From: a virus
Taxonomy: Duplodnaviria > Heunggongvirae > Uroviricota > Caudoviricetes
DNA length: 64,000 bases
Virus record (IMG/VR): IMGVR_UViG_3300010162_000009
Strand: one strand, 5' to 3'
Position numbers and translations under genes: made by a program. Below, in pieces: positions 28,512-35,750 of the stretch (positions are counted from its first letter, which is position 1; each line of letters starts with the position of its first letter). The notes beneath the pieces were generated by a model that was not told the DNA's origin, did not search any database, and saw nothing but the letters and a program-made list of their open reading frames with translations.

Positions 28512-28540
28512 TCAAAGTGATAATTTTAATTTAATTTGTT

Positions 28541-29206
28541 ATGGAAAATTTAGTCATTAACAAAAGAGACAAATCGCCTCAACCTCAAAAAGAAAATTCT
28601 TCGTATGTGAAATACGATTATTCTTTCGAGTTAAAAATCAATAACGACATTATATGTCAAAGATATTTTAATATCAACAAATTCAACCAAGTTAGTTTGA
28701 AAAGTATAAACTTCAAAGAATATTTTGATGATATTTGTGATATTATTCAGAAGGATCTGGAAAGTAAAACAAGAGTTTATTTATACAGCGTTTGTTGTAC
28801 ATTTGCCAGCGAAGATAAATTGAAGGCAAAACAACAAGTCGGTCAAAACAAAAGTGAATTGTATGCACCATCATATGACGAATTTAGTCCTGATTATGTG
28901 AATAATGATAAGAATGATATTACATTTTCATTTTTATATAAGGATGAGGTTATTATGTCAAGAATATGGGATGGAAACACTTATCCACTATATATCCGAA
29001 AAAACATTGATATAGTAAATAATCAGTGGATACAAGTTACACCAACACAGCGTATTTATTTTTCAGACTGTGATGAGGATCGTCTTAAATATGAACAAAC
29101 AATAAAAAAGAAAGTCTTTCAAAATAGAAAAGATTTAATACCACAAATAATCACGTTGTTCAGGGAGGTGTGTTCAATGGAATCCCGTGATTACAAATTC
29201 TATTAA
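28541..29206 (+). CDS. Hypothetical protein
   Basis: 221-aa ORF. Confidence 0.8.
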   Translation: MENLVINKRDKSPQPQKENSSYVKYDYSFELKINNDIICQRYFNINKFNQVSLKSINFKEYFDDICDIIQKDLESKTRVYLYSVCCTFASEDKLKAKQQVGQNKSELYAPSYDEFSPDYVNNDKNDITFSFLYKDEVIMSRIWDGNTYPLYIRKNIDIVNNQWIQVTPTQRIYFSDCDEDRLKYEQTIKKKVFQNRKDLIPQIITLFREVCSMESRDYKFY

Positions 29207-29208
29207 AA

Positions 29209-29454
29209 ATGGATATTCTCATCCAAGTACTTATATTCGTTTTTGGGGTGTCTTCCATATTTTTGGTTGGTTGTCGTAATGAAAAATATAGAAGGTGGGG
29301 ATATGTTACTGGTTTAACAGCACAACCTGTCTGGTTATATTGGGCAGCATCAACAGAATCATGGGGAGTTTTCCTAATGGCGTTATTCTATGCGTATTCT
29401 TGGGCAAGAGGTGTTTATAACTTTTTTATTGTAAAACCCAAAAAAGATGAATGA
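29209..29454 (+). CDS. Small three-helix membrane protein, half-PnuC-like
   Basis: Three hydrophobic segments; WGYVTGLTAQPVWLYW. Confidence 0.5.
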   Translation: MDILIQVLIFVFGVSSIFLVGCRNEKYRRWGYVTGLTAQPVWLYWAASTESWGVFLMALFYAYSWARGVYNFFIVKPKKDE

Positions 29455-29755
29455 TAGTGCGGAAGATAAACAATATGTTGTCTGCCCTGATAAAGAATGT
29501 AAAGGGTTTTGGTCAGAAGACAACGAAGGATTTCTTTGTGACGGTAAATGTCCAAAGGATTGTCAGTTCTATATAATTTGTCCAAACTGCAAACATAAGA
29601 TATACTTCGATCCAAAGTACATTTCAAAACTTCAACGAATAGAATGTAATAATCAAATACCACACCCAACACTTGATGAAAAATACCGTTGTGGGTGTTG
29701 TATTTTTACCAGAATATCATCATCAACTTATAATCTCACTTATCATGAAGACTAA
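29447..29755 (+). CDS. Cys-rich zinc-binding protein
   Basis: CPDKEC, CDGKCPKDC, CPNC, CGC. Confidence 0.7.
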   Translation: MNDSAEDKQYVVCPDKECKGFWSEDNEGFLCDGKCPKDCQFYIICPNCKHKIYFDPKYISKLQRIECNNQIPHPTLDEKYRCGCCIFTRISSSTYNLTYHED

Positions 29756-29972
29756 AACAAAAAAGTGTAATAGATGTAAAAAATCCATTGAGGGTATTGC
29801 AGTAAATGGAGATGGAATGATTCAATGCCGAAATTGTTATTGGTGTAACCTCGAATTTGAACATGATAAAAACATCGTAGTAAATTACACAAAATTTGTA
29901 GATTTGTTGCAGGAATTACTACCTCAATTGAATCCAACAGGAATTGATGAAACCATTAAGACTTTACAGTAG
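29745..29972 (+). CDS. Small zinc-ribbon protein
   Basis: Start re-called to ATG 29745; CNRC...CRNC. Confidence 0.6.
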   Translation: MKTKTKKCNRCKKSIEGIAVNGDGMIQCRNCYWCNLEFEHDKNIVVNYTKFVDLLQELLPQLNPTGIDETIKTLQ

Positions 29973-30141
29973 GGTTTTTCGCAAACCCCCACTTTCTTTT
30001 AACTTTACTGTAAGGGCGCAACCTGAATAACTTTTTGATGCTGTTAGTTACGTTATACCACATGAATACTGGTATCATACATACCATATAAACTGCTGCA
30101 AATACCGCAAACACTAATATAAGGATTGAATTTGTAATCAT
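29956..30141 (-). CDS. Small membrane protein
   Basis: Hydrophobic N-terminus, basic tail; TATTTATA 14 nt upstream on the minus strand. Confidence 0.6.
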   Translation of the reverse strand: MITNSILILVFAVFAAVYMVCMIPVFMWYNVTNSIKKLFRLRPYSKVKRKWGFAKNPTVKS

Positions 30142-30164
30142 ATTTTTGTTTCTGCTATAAATAG

Positions 30165-30175
30165 CGATCAGAATT
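30165..30175 (+). promoter_or_regulatory. (T/C)GATCAGAA motif
   Basis: Variant copy 55 nt upstream of ATG 30220. Confidence 0.45.
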
Positions 30176-30219
30176 TTTTTTATTTTTTATATTAAGAACA
30201 TATTTAAAATAAAAAAGTA

Positions 30220-30417
30220 ATGAATAACATTTGGAAGATATTATTAGGGATTGTAGGTGTAATGCTTATTATTTTTGCGCCGATTATTGGAATAATTGTA
30301 TTTTTATTTCTAATCGGACTATTGTTGAAAGTAACATTTAATATAATTAAATATGTTGCCTATGCAGCAATATGTTTTTTTATAATATGTTTTATTGTAG
30401 GATTGTTTGTATCATAA
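30220..30417 (+). CDS. Small membrane protein
   Basis: Almost entirely hydrophobic 65 aa. Confidence 0.7.
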   Translation: MNNIWKILLGIVGVMLIIFAPIIGIIVFLFLIGLLLKVTFNIIKYVAYAAICFFIICFIVGLFVS

Positions 30418-30430
30418 AAAGTTGAAAGAT

Positions 30431-30622
30431 ATGTATTTAATTATTCCAGAAAACAAAAACAAAGGGGCGAAGATAACCGGCGGCGGATTTGACACCGAAC
30501 TCGCTCTTGATGTACAAAAAGGTTATACACGTGTATTTGATATTACAGATACATGGGAAGTCAAAGAGTTAGTAGTATATTCAACCGAACATTACTCGTG
30601 GGTAAAGGTTGAAATGTTGTAG
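30431..30622 (+). CDS. Hypothetical protein
   Basis: Start re-called to ATG 30431; 63 aa. Confidence 0.6.
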   Translation: MYLIIPENKNKGAKITGGGFDTELALDVQKGYTRVFDITDTWEVKELVVYSTEHYSWVKVEML

Positions 30623-30632
30623 TAAAAAATTG

Positions 30633-30708
30633 TAGCCGATGGGGGACTCCAACCCAAACCATCCTTCGATCCGTAGTCGAAAATTCTATGCTGTTAAACT
30701 AATCGGCC
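30633..30708 (-). tRNA. tRNA-Arg(ACG), atypical
   Basis: GGCCGAT/ATCGGCT acceptor and TTCGA-CTACGGA-TCGAA anticodon arm; D and T loops non-canonical; CCA not encoded. Confidence 0.65.
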
Positions 30709-30716
30709 ATATGTTT

Positions 30717-31001
30717 TTATATTGTTGTATTAAACTTACATGTATGATAGTTTGGTGTTATATCTACATATGTGGTTGTATAATATACTACCGGAACCTC
30801 TGGTATTTTAAGCTCCTCTAAAATCCTCCAACTCTTCATCGTATCTTTGGTATCCCACATTACTTCACCAGTTATAATGTTTCTGTATTTGACAGCGGTT
30901 TCGGATATTTCGATAATAACAACTTCAAATACAACACCCTCTCTTCTTCCTTTTAGTAAGTATCGTTTTCCTACTTGTAAATCCAATTCTTTAAAATCCA
31001 T
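30717..31001 (-). CDS. Hypothetical protein
   Basis: 94-aa ORF upstream of tRNA-Arg on the same strand; TAnnTTTG upstream. Confidence 0.7.
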   Translation of the reverse strand: MDFKELDLQVGKRYLLKGRREGVVFEVVIIEISETAVKYRNIITGEVMWDTKDTMKSWRILEELKIPEVPVVYYTTTYVDITPNYHTCKFNTTI

Positions 31002-31020
31002 AAAAATTACGTATTATTAT

Positions 31021-31028
31021 CAAAAATA
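31021..31028 (-). promoter_or_regulatory. Bacteroidota-type -7 box TAnnTTTG
   Basis: Minus strand reads TTATTTGTATATTTTTG, about 20 nt upstream of start 31001. Confidence 0.5.
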
Positions 31029-31043
31029 TACAAATAAATATGA

Positions 31044-31054
31044 TGATCAGAAAA
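31044..31054 (+). promoter_or_regulatory. TGATCAGAAAA motif
   Basis: 53 nt upstream of ATG 31097. Confidence 0.55.
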
Positions 31055-31096
31055 TTTTTATAAACTTTTATTACAGTAAAATTAAATTTTAATAAA

Positions 31097-31360
31097 ATGA
31101 TAAAATATAATAGTTGGAGTTCAGAAGAAGATAATCTCTTGATAGAATTGTACGGTAAGTTTTACAGAATACAAGATATCCCTATCAAATTTGAACAGGT
31201 GGGATATAAAAGAAGTGTGTCATCTATAAACCAACGTTTAGTTACACTTAGACGATTGGGAAAAATAGAGAAGAGACCAAGATTTTCACCAGACGGATGG
31301 AGACCTTTTGTGTTACCATCTGTAAAAACAGAAGTTGTTGATTGTTTCAAAAAAGTATAG
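31097..31360 (+). CDS. Small Myb/SANT-like HTH protein
   Basis: WSSEEDNLLIELY...RSVSSINQRL. Confidence 0.6.
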   Translation: MIKYNSWSSEEDNLLIELYGKFYRIQDIPIKFEQVGYKRSVSSINQRLVTLRRLGKIEKRPRFSPDGWRPFVLPSVKTEVVDCFKKV

Positions 31361-31531
31361 TAAAATGAGTAAGTTAAAAATCAAACCTATTCACGTTGGA
31401 ATTTTCTTTATCCGGAATTGTCAAGAAGACCCCCACTTTTAAGTGGTTTTTGCTACTATCGTAATGGTAGGTGGGGCATGTGCGATACTATTTGGAATAA
31501 CAGGAAAAAAGTAGTCTATTTAAAAATATAT

Positions 31532-31603
31532 TGTGGGGTGATGCAGTGGCAGCAATTTGGGCTCATAACCCAAAAGTCGTAGGTTCGAATCCTACCCCCG
31601 CTA
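31532..31603 (+). tRNA. Initiator tRNA-fMet(CAT)
   Basis: 1:72 mismatch, three consecutive G-C pairs in the anticodon stem (TTGGG-CTCATAA-CCCAA), canonical TTCGAAT loop; CCA not encoded. Confidence 0.9.
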
Positions 31604-31610
31604 CAAAGTT

Positions 31611-31622
31611 GTTCTTTGACAT
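31611..31622 (+). promoter_or_regulatory. boxA-like antitermination element
   Basis: GTTCTTTGACAT in the tRNA-tmRNA spacer resembles the rrn boxA (E. coli TGCTCTTTAACA, Firmicutes AGTTCTTTGAAA). Confidence 0.55.
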
Positions 31623-31624
31623 AT

Positions 31625-32012
31625 GGGGTCGTTAGGTTTTGATTGCAAATTAGTATGGTAATCAACTCATGTGGTGCAGTCTGTAACACCTAAAAACAGA
31701 CAAACAAATGAGAGGCAATAGTAATATTTCTTCTGTGGAATACGCACTTGCTGCGTAGTTAGGTTATTTGAGTAAGGTCAGTTGTAAAAATTTGTCCTAA
31801 TAAAGACACTGAGTATCTATGCTTGGAAACAGAAAATAGTAAATAGCATCTATGCTTAAAATAGAGGTTTGGGTTTGTTTCAGTTCCACTCCACAGTCTG
31901 GCTGGAAAGTTAATACTGAAAAACAGTTGCCAATTGAGTAAAAATCGGATAAAACATGTAAAAGTTATTATTTGAACATATGCAAGACACAGCTTCGATG
32001 CTGTCGACTCCA
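31625..32012 (+). ncRNA. ssrA: tmRNA
   Basis: GGGGTCG/CGACTCC-A acceptor with G3-U70; T-arm ACAGC-TTCGAT-GCTGT; tag frame 31714-31758 = (A)GNSNISSVEYALAA*. Confidence 0.92.
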
Positions 32013-32020
32013 CAATATCT

Positions 32021-32085
32021 ACGAATGTAGGTTGGTTTGGAAGCAGCCATTCCTTTAAAGTGTACAGTAATCTGTCCGCATTTGT
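32021..32085 (+). ncRNA. 23S rRNA H43/H44 (uL11-binding domain)-like RNA
   Basis: AGGTTGGTTTGGAAGCAGCCATTCCTTTAAAG matches 23S about 1057-1087; hairpin with GTAATC loop matches H44; own closing stem ACGAAT/ATTTGT. Confidence 0.75.
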
Positions 32086-32093
32086 AGTTTTCA

Positions 32094-32168
32094 GGTCCTT
32101 TAGCTCAGTTGGTGCAGAGCATCTGACTCATAATCAGGGGGTCGGGGGTTCAAGTCCCTCAAGGACCA
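32094..32168 (+). tRNA. tRNA-Ile2(CAT, lysidine type), elongator Met not excluded
   Basis: Canonical cloverleaf GGTCCTT/AAGGACC-A; anticodon arm TCTGA-CTCATAA-TCAGG; C4-G69 and C5-G68 as in Ile2. Confidence 0.85.
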
Positions 32169-32185
32169 CTAAAATTTTAAATAAT

Positions 32186-32740
32186 ATGAAAAGGGTAGTT
32201 AGACCAGAGTGTTTTGAAACAAATAGCAGTAGTGTTCACAGTTTGTCGGTAATATCAAAAAGTAGCGCAAATGTTTTGTGTGAGTTGGTAAAAGACAATG
32301 TACTTTATCCGGATGTTTTTTATAATACGGTAAAGCGTTTTCATGGGGATCATGGAATAGATTATATCTACGATGAAGGTAAGAGGTGGTATGCTGTTAC
32401 CAGAGATGAAAAAGCGGCGTTGTTGTTTTTGTATCTGAATTACGTAAAACTTGCATTTGAAGGAGATACAGATTTCGCCAGCGACTCCTTTGATGAAAAT
32501 ATGATTTTAAATGCTATTGAAATAGCAGAGGAATTATTACCATATGATAGCATACATTTTGGTGAAAATTCAATATCACCTTTTCAGGAAGATAAGGGTG
32601 AAATGATAATCAATATTGGTGATGTTCTTAGCAAGTATGGTTCTAAAGACCAAAAGGAATTAGAAAGAATTATCGGTGAGTTTTGTACGCTCATATTAGA
32701 TGATGATAAAATTCTTGATTGTGTTCAGGGGGAAGGTTAA
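32186..32740 (+). CDS. FETNSSS-motif protein 2
   Basis: Start re-called to ATG 32186 (track start lies inside RNA genes): MKRVVRPECFETNSSSVHSLSV. Confidence 0.85.
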   Translation: MKRVVRPECFETNSSSVHSLSVISKSSANVLCELVKDNVLYPDVFYNTVKRFHGDHGIDYIYDEGKRWYAVTRDEKAALLFLYLNYVKLAFEGDTDFASDSFDENMILNAIEIAEELLPYDSIHFGENSISPFQEDKGEMIINIGDVLSKYGSKDQKELERIIGEFCTLILDDDKILDCVQGEG

Positions 32741-32751
32741 TTTTAAATAAA

Positions 32752-32994
32752 ATGGGTTTAGAAGAAGAATTAAGAGTAGAGTATAATACTCGTAGTAGAA
32801 GAAACAACACAATTAAGTTTGTGTTAGGAGATAAGAATGTCAGTGAAATGACATTGAGAGAATATTTTGCCGGGGTTGCGATGAGCGGATCTTCGGCGAT
32901 TGATGGGGCAGACGATGTTAATAGTATTGCTACATGGTCAGTAAGAATGGCGGATGCGTTGTTGGTGGAACTTGAAAAACCTGTAAAAATTTGA
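32752..32994 (+). CDS. Hypothetical protein of the widespread phage MTLRDYFA family
   Basis: MTLREYFAGVAM...ADALL; start re-called to ATG 32752. Confidence 0.7.
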   Translation: MGLEEELRVEYNTRSRRNNTIKFVLGDKNVSEMTLREYFAGVAMSGSSAIDGADDVNSIATWSVRMADALLVELEKPVKI

Positions 32995-32998
32995 AATA

Positions 32999-33319
32999 AT
33001 GATTATAGTAACAGAAAACGGATTGTACGAAGTTTACAGTCAAAATAATGATGGTAGTAATTTCTATTATTTATGCAAAGAAATACTCACACACAAACTT
33101 CACGAAGGTGATACGAAGTTTGTTGCTAGGGGGATACCAAAACCAATCATATTGGGGGTTCCTGACGGTTTGGATAGACACCGCCCATATTTTATAAACA
33201 AAGAAGAAATTATTTTTTTCTTTGATGAAGGTAAAGATGATAAACGATCAGCACTTTCGGAAATGGCGTATAAAAACTGGAAGGAATTTTTTCCGGAATT
33301 ATATTTCGTCGTTAAATAA
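32999..33319 (+). CDS. Hypothetical protein
   Basis: 106-aa ORF. Confidence 0.7.
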   Translation: MIIVTENGLYEVYSQNNDGSNFYYLCKEILTHKLHEGDTKFVARGIPKPIILGVPDGLDRHRPYFINKEEIIFFFDEGKDDKRSALSEMAYKNWKEFFPELYFVVK

Positions 33320-33349
33320 TAATAGCGTTGCGTTCAAATAAATAATAAC

Positions 33350-33754
33350 ATGAAAAAAGTAGTTAGAAAAGCGGTTTTTGAAACCAACAGTAGTAGTGTA
33401 CACAGTATAAGTATTGTACCTGAAAAGATATATAATTTATTCAAGACAGGACAATTACTTTGGGATAGAGATAAAAAGGTATTAGTAGAGTTGTCGTCTA
33501 TACCACAACTTGAACCATCAACCATATGTGGTGTGTGTGGTAAACAGTTCAACGAAGGGGATAACTTTTGTTCCAGTTGCGGAGAAAGAATTGACATGGA
33601 ATATCGAATCAAAGTTTTAACGGATTCCAAATATAATTCTTATGATAATTTTGGGGTATCAAATGGTAGAAGTTATGAAACCTTTGAACACAAACACACA
33701 ACAGAGTTGGGAGAAACTCTTGTTGCGTTTGGATATTATGGATCCGATTATTGA
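33350..33754 (+). CDS. FETNSSS-motif protein 3 with zinc ribbon
   Basis: MKKVVRKAVFETNSSSVHSISI; CGVC...FCSSCG. Confidence 0.85.
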   Translation: MKKVVRKAVFETNSSSVHSISIVPEKIYNLFKTGQLLWDRDKKVLVELSSIPQLEPSTICGVCGKQFNEGDNFCSSCGERIDMEYRIKVLTDSKYNSYDNFGVSNGRSYETFEHKHTTELGETLVAFGYYGSDY

Positions 33755-33777
33755 AAATTTTTTAAAAAAATAATAAC

Positions 33778-34704
33778 ATGAAAAAAAGAATTTTATTAGG
33801 ATCATATGTTAACGGAAACACCTCTGTTGAAATTTACGATGACGGTACAAAAATCCGCACTACGGAGGATGATGAGTTCATTTCGGAGTTTCCAGAGTCG
33901 ATAGATCTAAAAATTACAAATGTCTGTGACAGAGGTTGTTTATTCTGTCACGAGGACTCAAAACCGAATGGAAAACACGCGGATATTCTTAATCCGAAGT
34001 TTTTGGAAACAATTAGACCATATAGCGAGATTGCGATTGGCGGTGGCAATTTATTGTGTCATAATGATATAGAAGAGTTCTTAACAAGGATGAGAGAACA
34101 GAAAGTCATTTGCAATATCACAGTAAATCAACAGCATTTCATGGAAAGTTATGGTAGGATTAGATTATGGTCTGAAAGTAAAATGATATACGGAATAGGA
34201 GTCTCATTAGATTATAATAACCCTGTTTCATCGGAATTTATTGGTATGATACAATCATTACCGAATGCTGTTATTCATATCATTGAGGGGGTAATTTCTC
34301 GTGAACAAATGTTTGGTTTGACCAATAAGAGATTGAAAGTCTTGATACTTGGTTACAAAATGCTTCGTCGTGGCATGAAGTACTTTGACGAAAAGGTATT
34401 GGAAAATAAAAAATGGTTAAAAGAAACAATAGCGGTTTATATCAATAGCAGTATGTTTCAGAACATATCCTTTGACAACTTGGCAATTGAGCATCTTGAA
34501 ATCAAAAAGATATTACCGGAAGAATTGTGGAATGAGTTCTATATGGGCGATGACGGACAACATACCATGTACATTGATTTAGTGAATAAACAATATTCAA
34601 GATCAAGTACATCCACATTACGTTTTGATATTACAGATGATATTGTGGAAATGTTTTCGGTTGTTAAATCTGATGAACATCAATGGCATATGTTAATGTA
34701 TTAA
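33778..34704 (+). CDS. Radical SAM enzyme
   Basis: CDRGCLFCH (CxxxCxxC), IAIGGGN, NITVN; no C-terminal Cys-rich SPASM domain. Confidence 0.9.
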   Translation: MKKRILLGSYVNGNTSVEIYDDGTKIRTTEDDEFISEFPESIDLKITNVCDRGCLFCHEDSKPNGKHADILNPKFLETIRPYSEIAIGGGNLLCHNDIEEFLTRMREQKVICNITVNQQHFMESYGRIRLWSESKMIYGIGVSLDYNNPVSSEFIGMIQSLPNAVIHIIEGVISREQMFGLTNKRLKVLILGYKMLRRGMKYFDEKVLENKKWLKETIAVYINSSMFQNISFDNLAIEHLEIKKILPEELWNEFYMGDDGQHTMYIDLVNKQYSRSSTSTLRFDITDDIVEMFSVVKSDEHQWHMLMY

Positions 34705-34716
34705 TTTTTTAATAAT

Positions 34717-35268
34717 ATGAAAAGAGTAGTTAGAACAGGGGTTTTTGAAACCAACAGCAGCAGCATGCACTCAATAAGTATCAATGGTAGTGATATGATA
34801 TTGAAATCTGAAAGAGAATATATTTTCCCTTTAAGTGAAGATTTTATTGTTCCGACAGATGATTCGGATATAATAATAATACCATTGGAAGATTGTGAGT
34901 ATGGTTGGGGATATGAATACATTACAGATCCGTTTGAAAAATTGAAATATCTTGTGATGATGGTTGTAGAAACCGAATGTAAGAATGTTACATGTATTAA
35001 CGAAATATATGAAACAGAAGGATTCAAATTAATTCAGGCGGAAGTACCACACACTATTGTAATTCTTGATGATTCGTTAGAACAACACTCGTACACCAAC
35101 AAGGAAAATGATGTTGTGTATTATTTATCTCACAGCGGATATATAGATCATCAAAGTCACGAGGATTTTTCAAGTCTGCAAGATTTTTTGAATGATGCAG
35201 ATGTTAATGTAGAAGAATTTTTATACAATAAACAACTTGCAGTTATCATGGATAACGATAACCACTGA
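34717..35268 (+). CDS. FETNSSS-motif protein 4
   Basis: MKRVVRTGVFETNSSSMHSISI; YGWGY..EKLKYL, GYIDHQS, terminal DNDNH. Confidence 0.85.
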   Translation: MKRVVRTGVFETNSSSMHSISINGSDMILKSEREYIFPLSEDFIVPTDDSDIIIIPLEDCEYGWGYEYITDPFEKLKYLVMMVVETECKNVTCINEIYETEGFKLIQAEVPHTIVILDDSLEQHSYTNKENDVVYYLSHSGYIDHQSHEDFSSLQDFLNDADVNVEEFLYNKQLAVIMDNDNH

Positions 35269-35276
35269 TCAGAAAA
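35266..35276 (+). promoter_or_regulatory. TGATCAGAAAA motif
   Basis: 50 nt upstream of ATG 35316; its TGA is the stop codon of the preceding gene. Confidence 0.55.
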
Positions 35277-35315
35277 TTCTTTTTCTTTTATTTTTCAACC
35301 AAATTTTAAAAGGAA

Positions 35316-35750
35316 ATGAAAAAGGTAAAAAAGTGTTATGTAGTTGAAAAATATTTAACCGATGAGGAATGTCCACCTCTTTACATATTAGGTATTTATA
35401 GTACCTCAGAAAAAGCAATAGAGGCAACAAGAACAGCGGTAAAAGAGTTAAATTCATGGGTTGATGATTTACCAATACCATTAGATTTTTTCATTGAACA
35501 TATTAATGAACTTGATATGAGAGATGATCATCATTATCCTTTTCATTTTTTTTGGAAAAATTATTTAGGGTATACTGAAAAAGATTGGCAAGAAACTTAT
35601 TGTTTATATTACAGACGTAGTTATCTTGGTAGATTGTCCGTTTCTGTTTCGGAAAGGTATATGGATGAATATACCGAAGAGTGGGGAGAACGATTTTTTA
35701 CTGAGATAATCGAACCAATCGAAAAAATCAAAGGTTTGGAAAGTCGTTGA
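35316..35750 (+). CDS. Hypothetical protein
   Basis: 144-aa ORF, convergent overlap with the polyvalent protein gene. Confidence 0.75.
   Translation: MKKVKKCYVVEKYLTDEECPPLYILGIYSTSEKAIEATRTAVKELNSWVDDLPIPLDFFIEHINELDMRDDHHYPFHFFWKNYLGYTEKDWQETYCLYYRRSYLGRLSVSVSERYMDEYTEEWGERFFTEIIEPIEKIKGLESR

Noticed and set aside
30639-30821. Plus-strand 60-aa ORF
   Set aside because: Antisense to tRNA-Arg and the 30717..31001 gene.
31759-32013. Minus-strand 84-aa ORF
   Set aside because: Antisense shadow of tmRNA.
32021-32085. Host 23S rRNA contamination or a true rRNA gene
   Set aside because: Only 65 nt, with compensatory changes and a non-rRNA closing stem, and embedded between phage RNA genes. Read-level confirmation is still advisable.
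32060-32185. N-terminal extension of track ORF 32060..32740
   Set aside because: Overlaps the mimic RNA and tRNA-Ile2; ATG 32186 gives the same register as the three paralogues.
33778-34704. Radical SAM as QueE, NrdG or PflA
   Set aside because: Lacks their typical flanking motifs, and no queuosine, NrdD or glycyl-radical partner is in the window; left unassigned.
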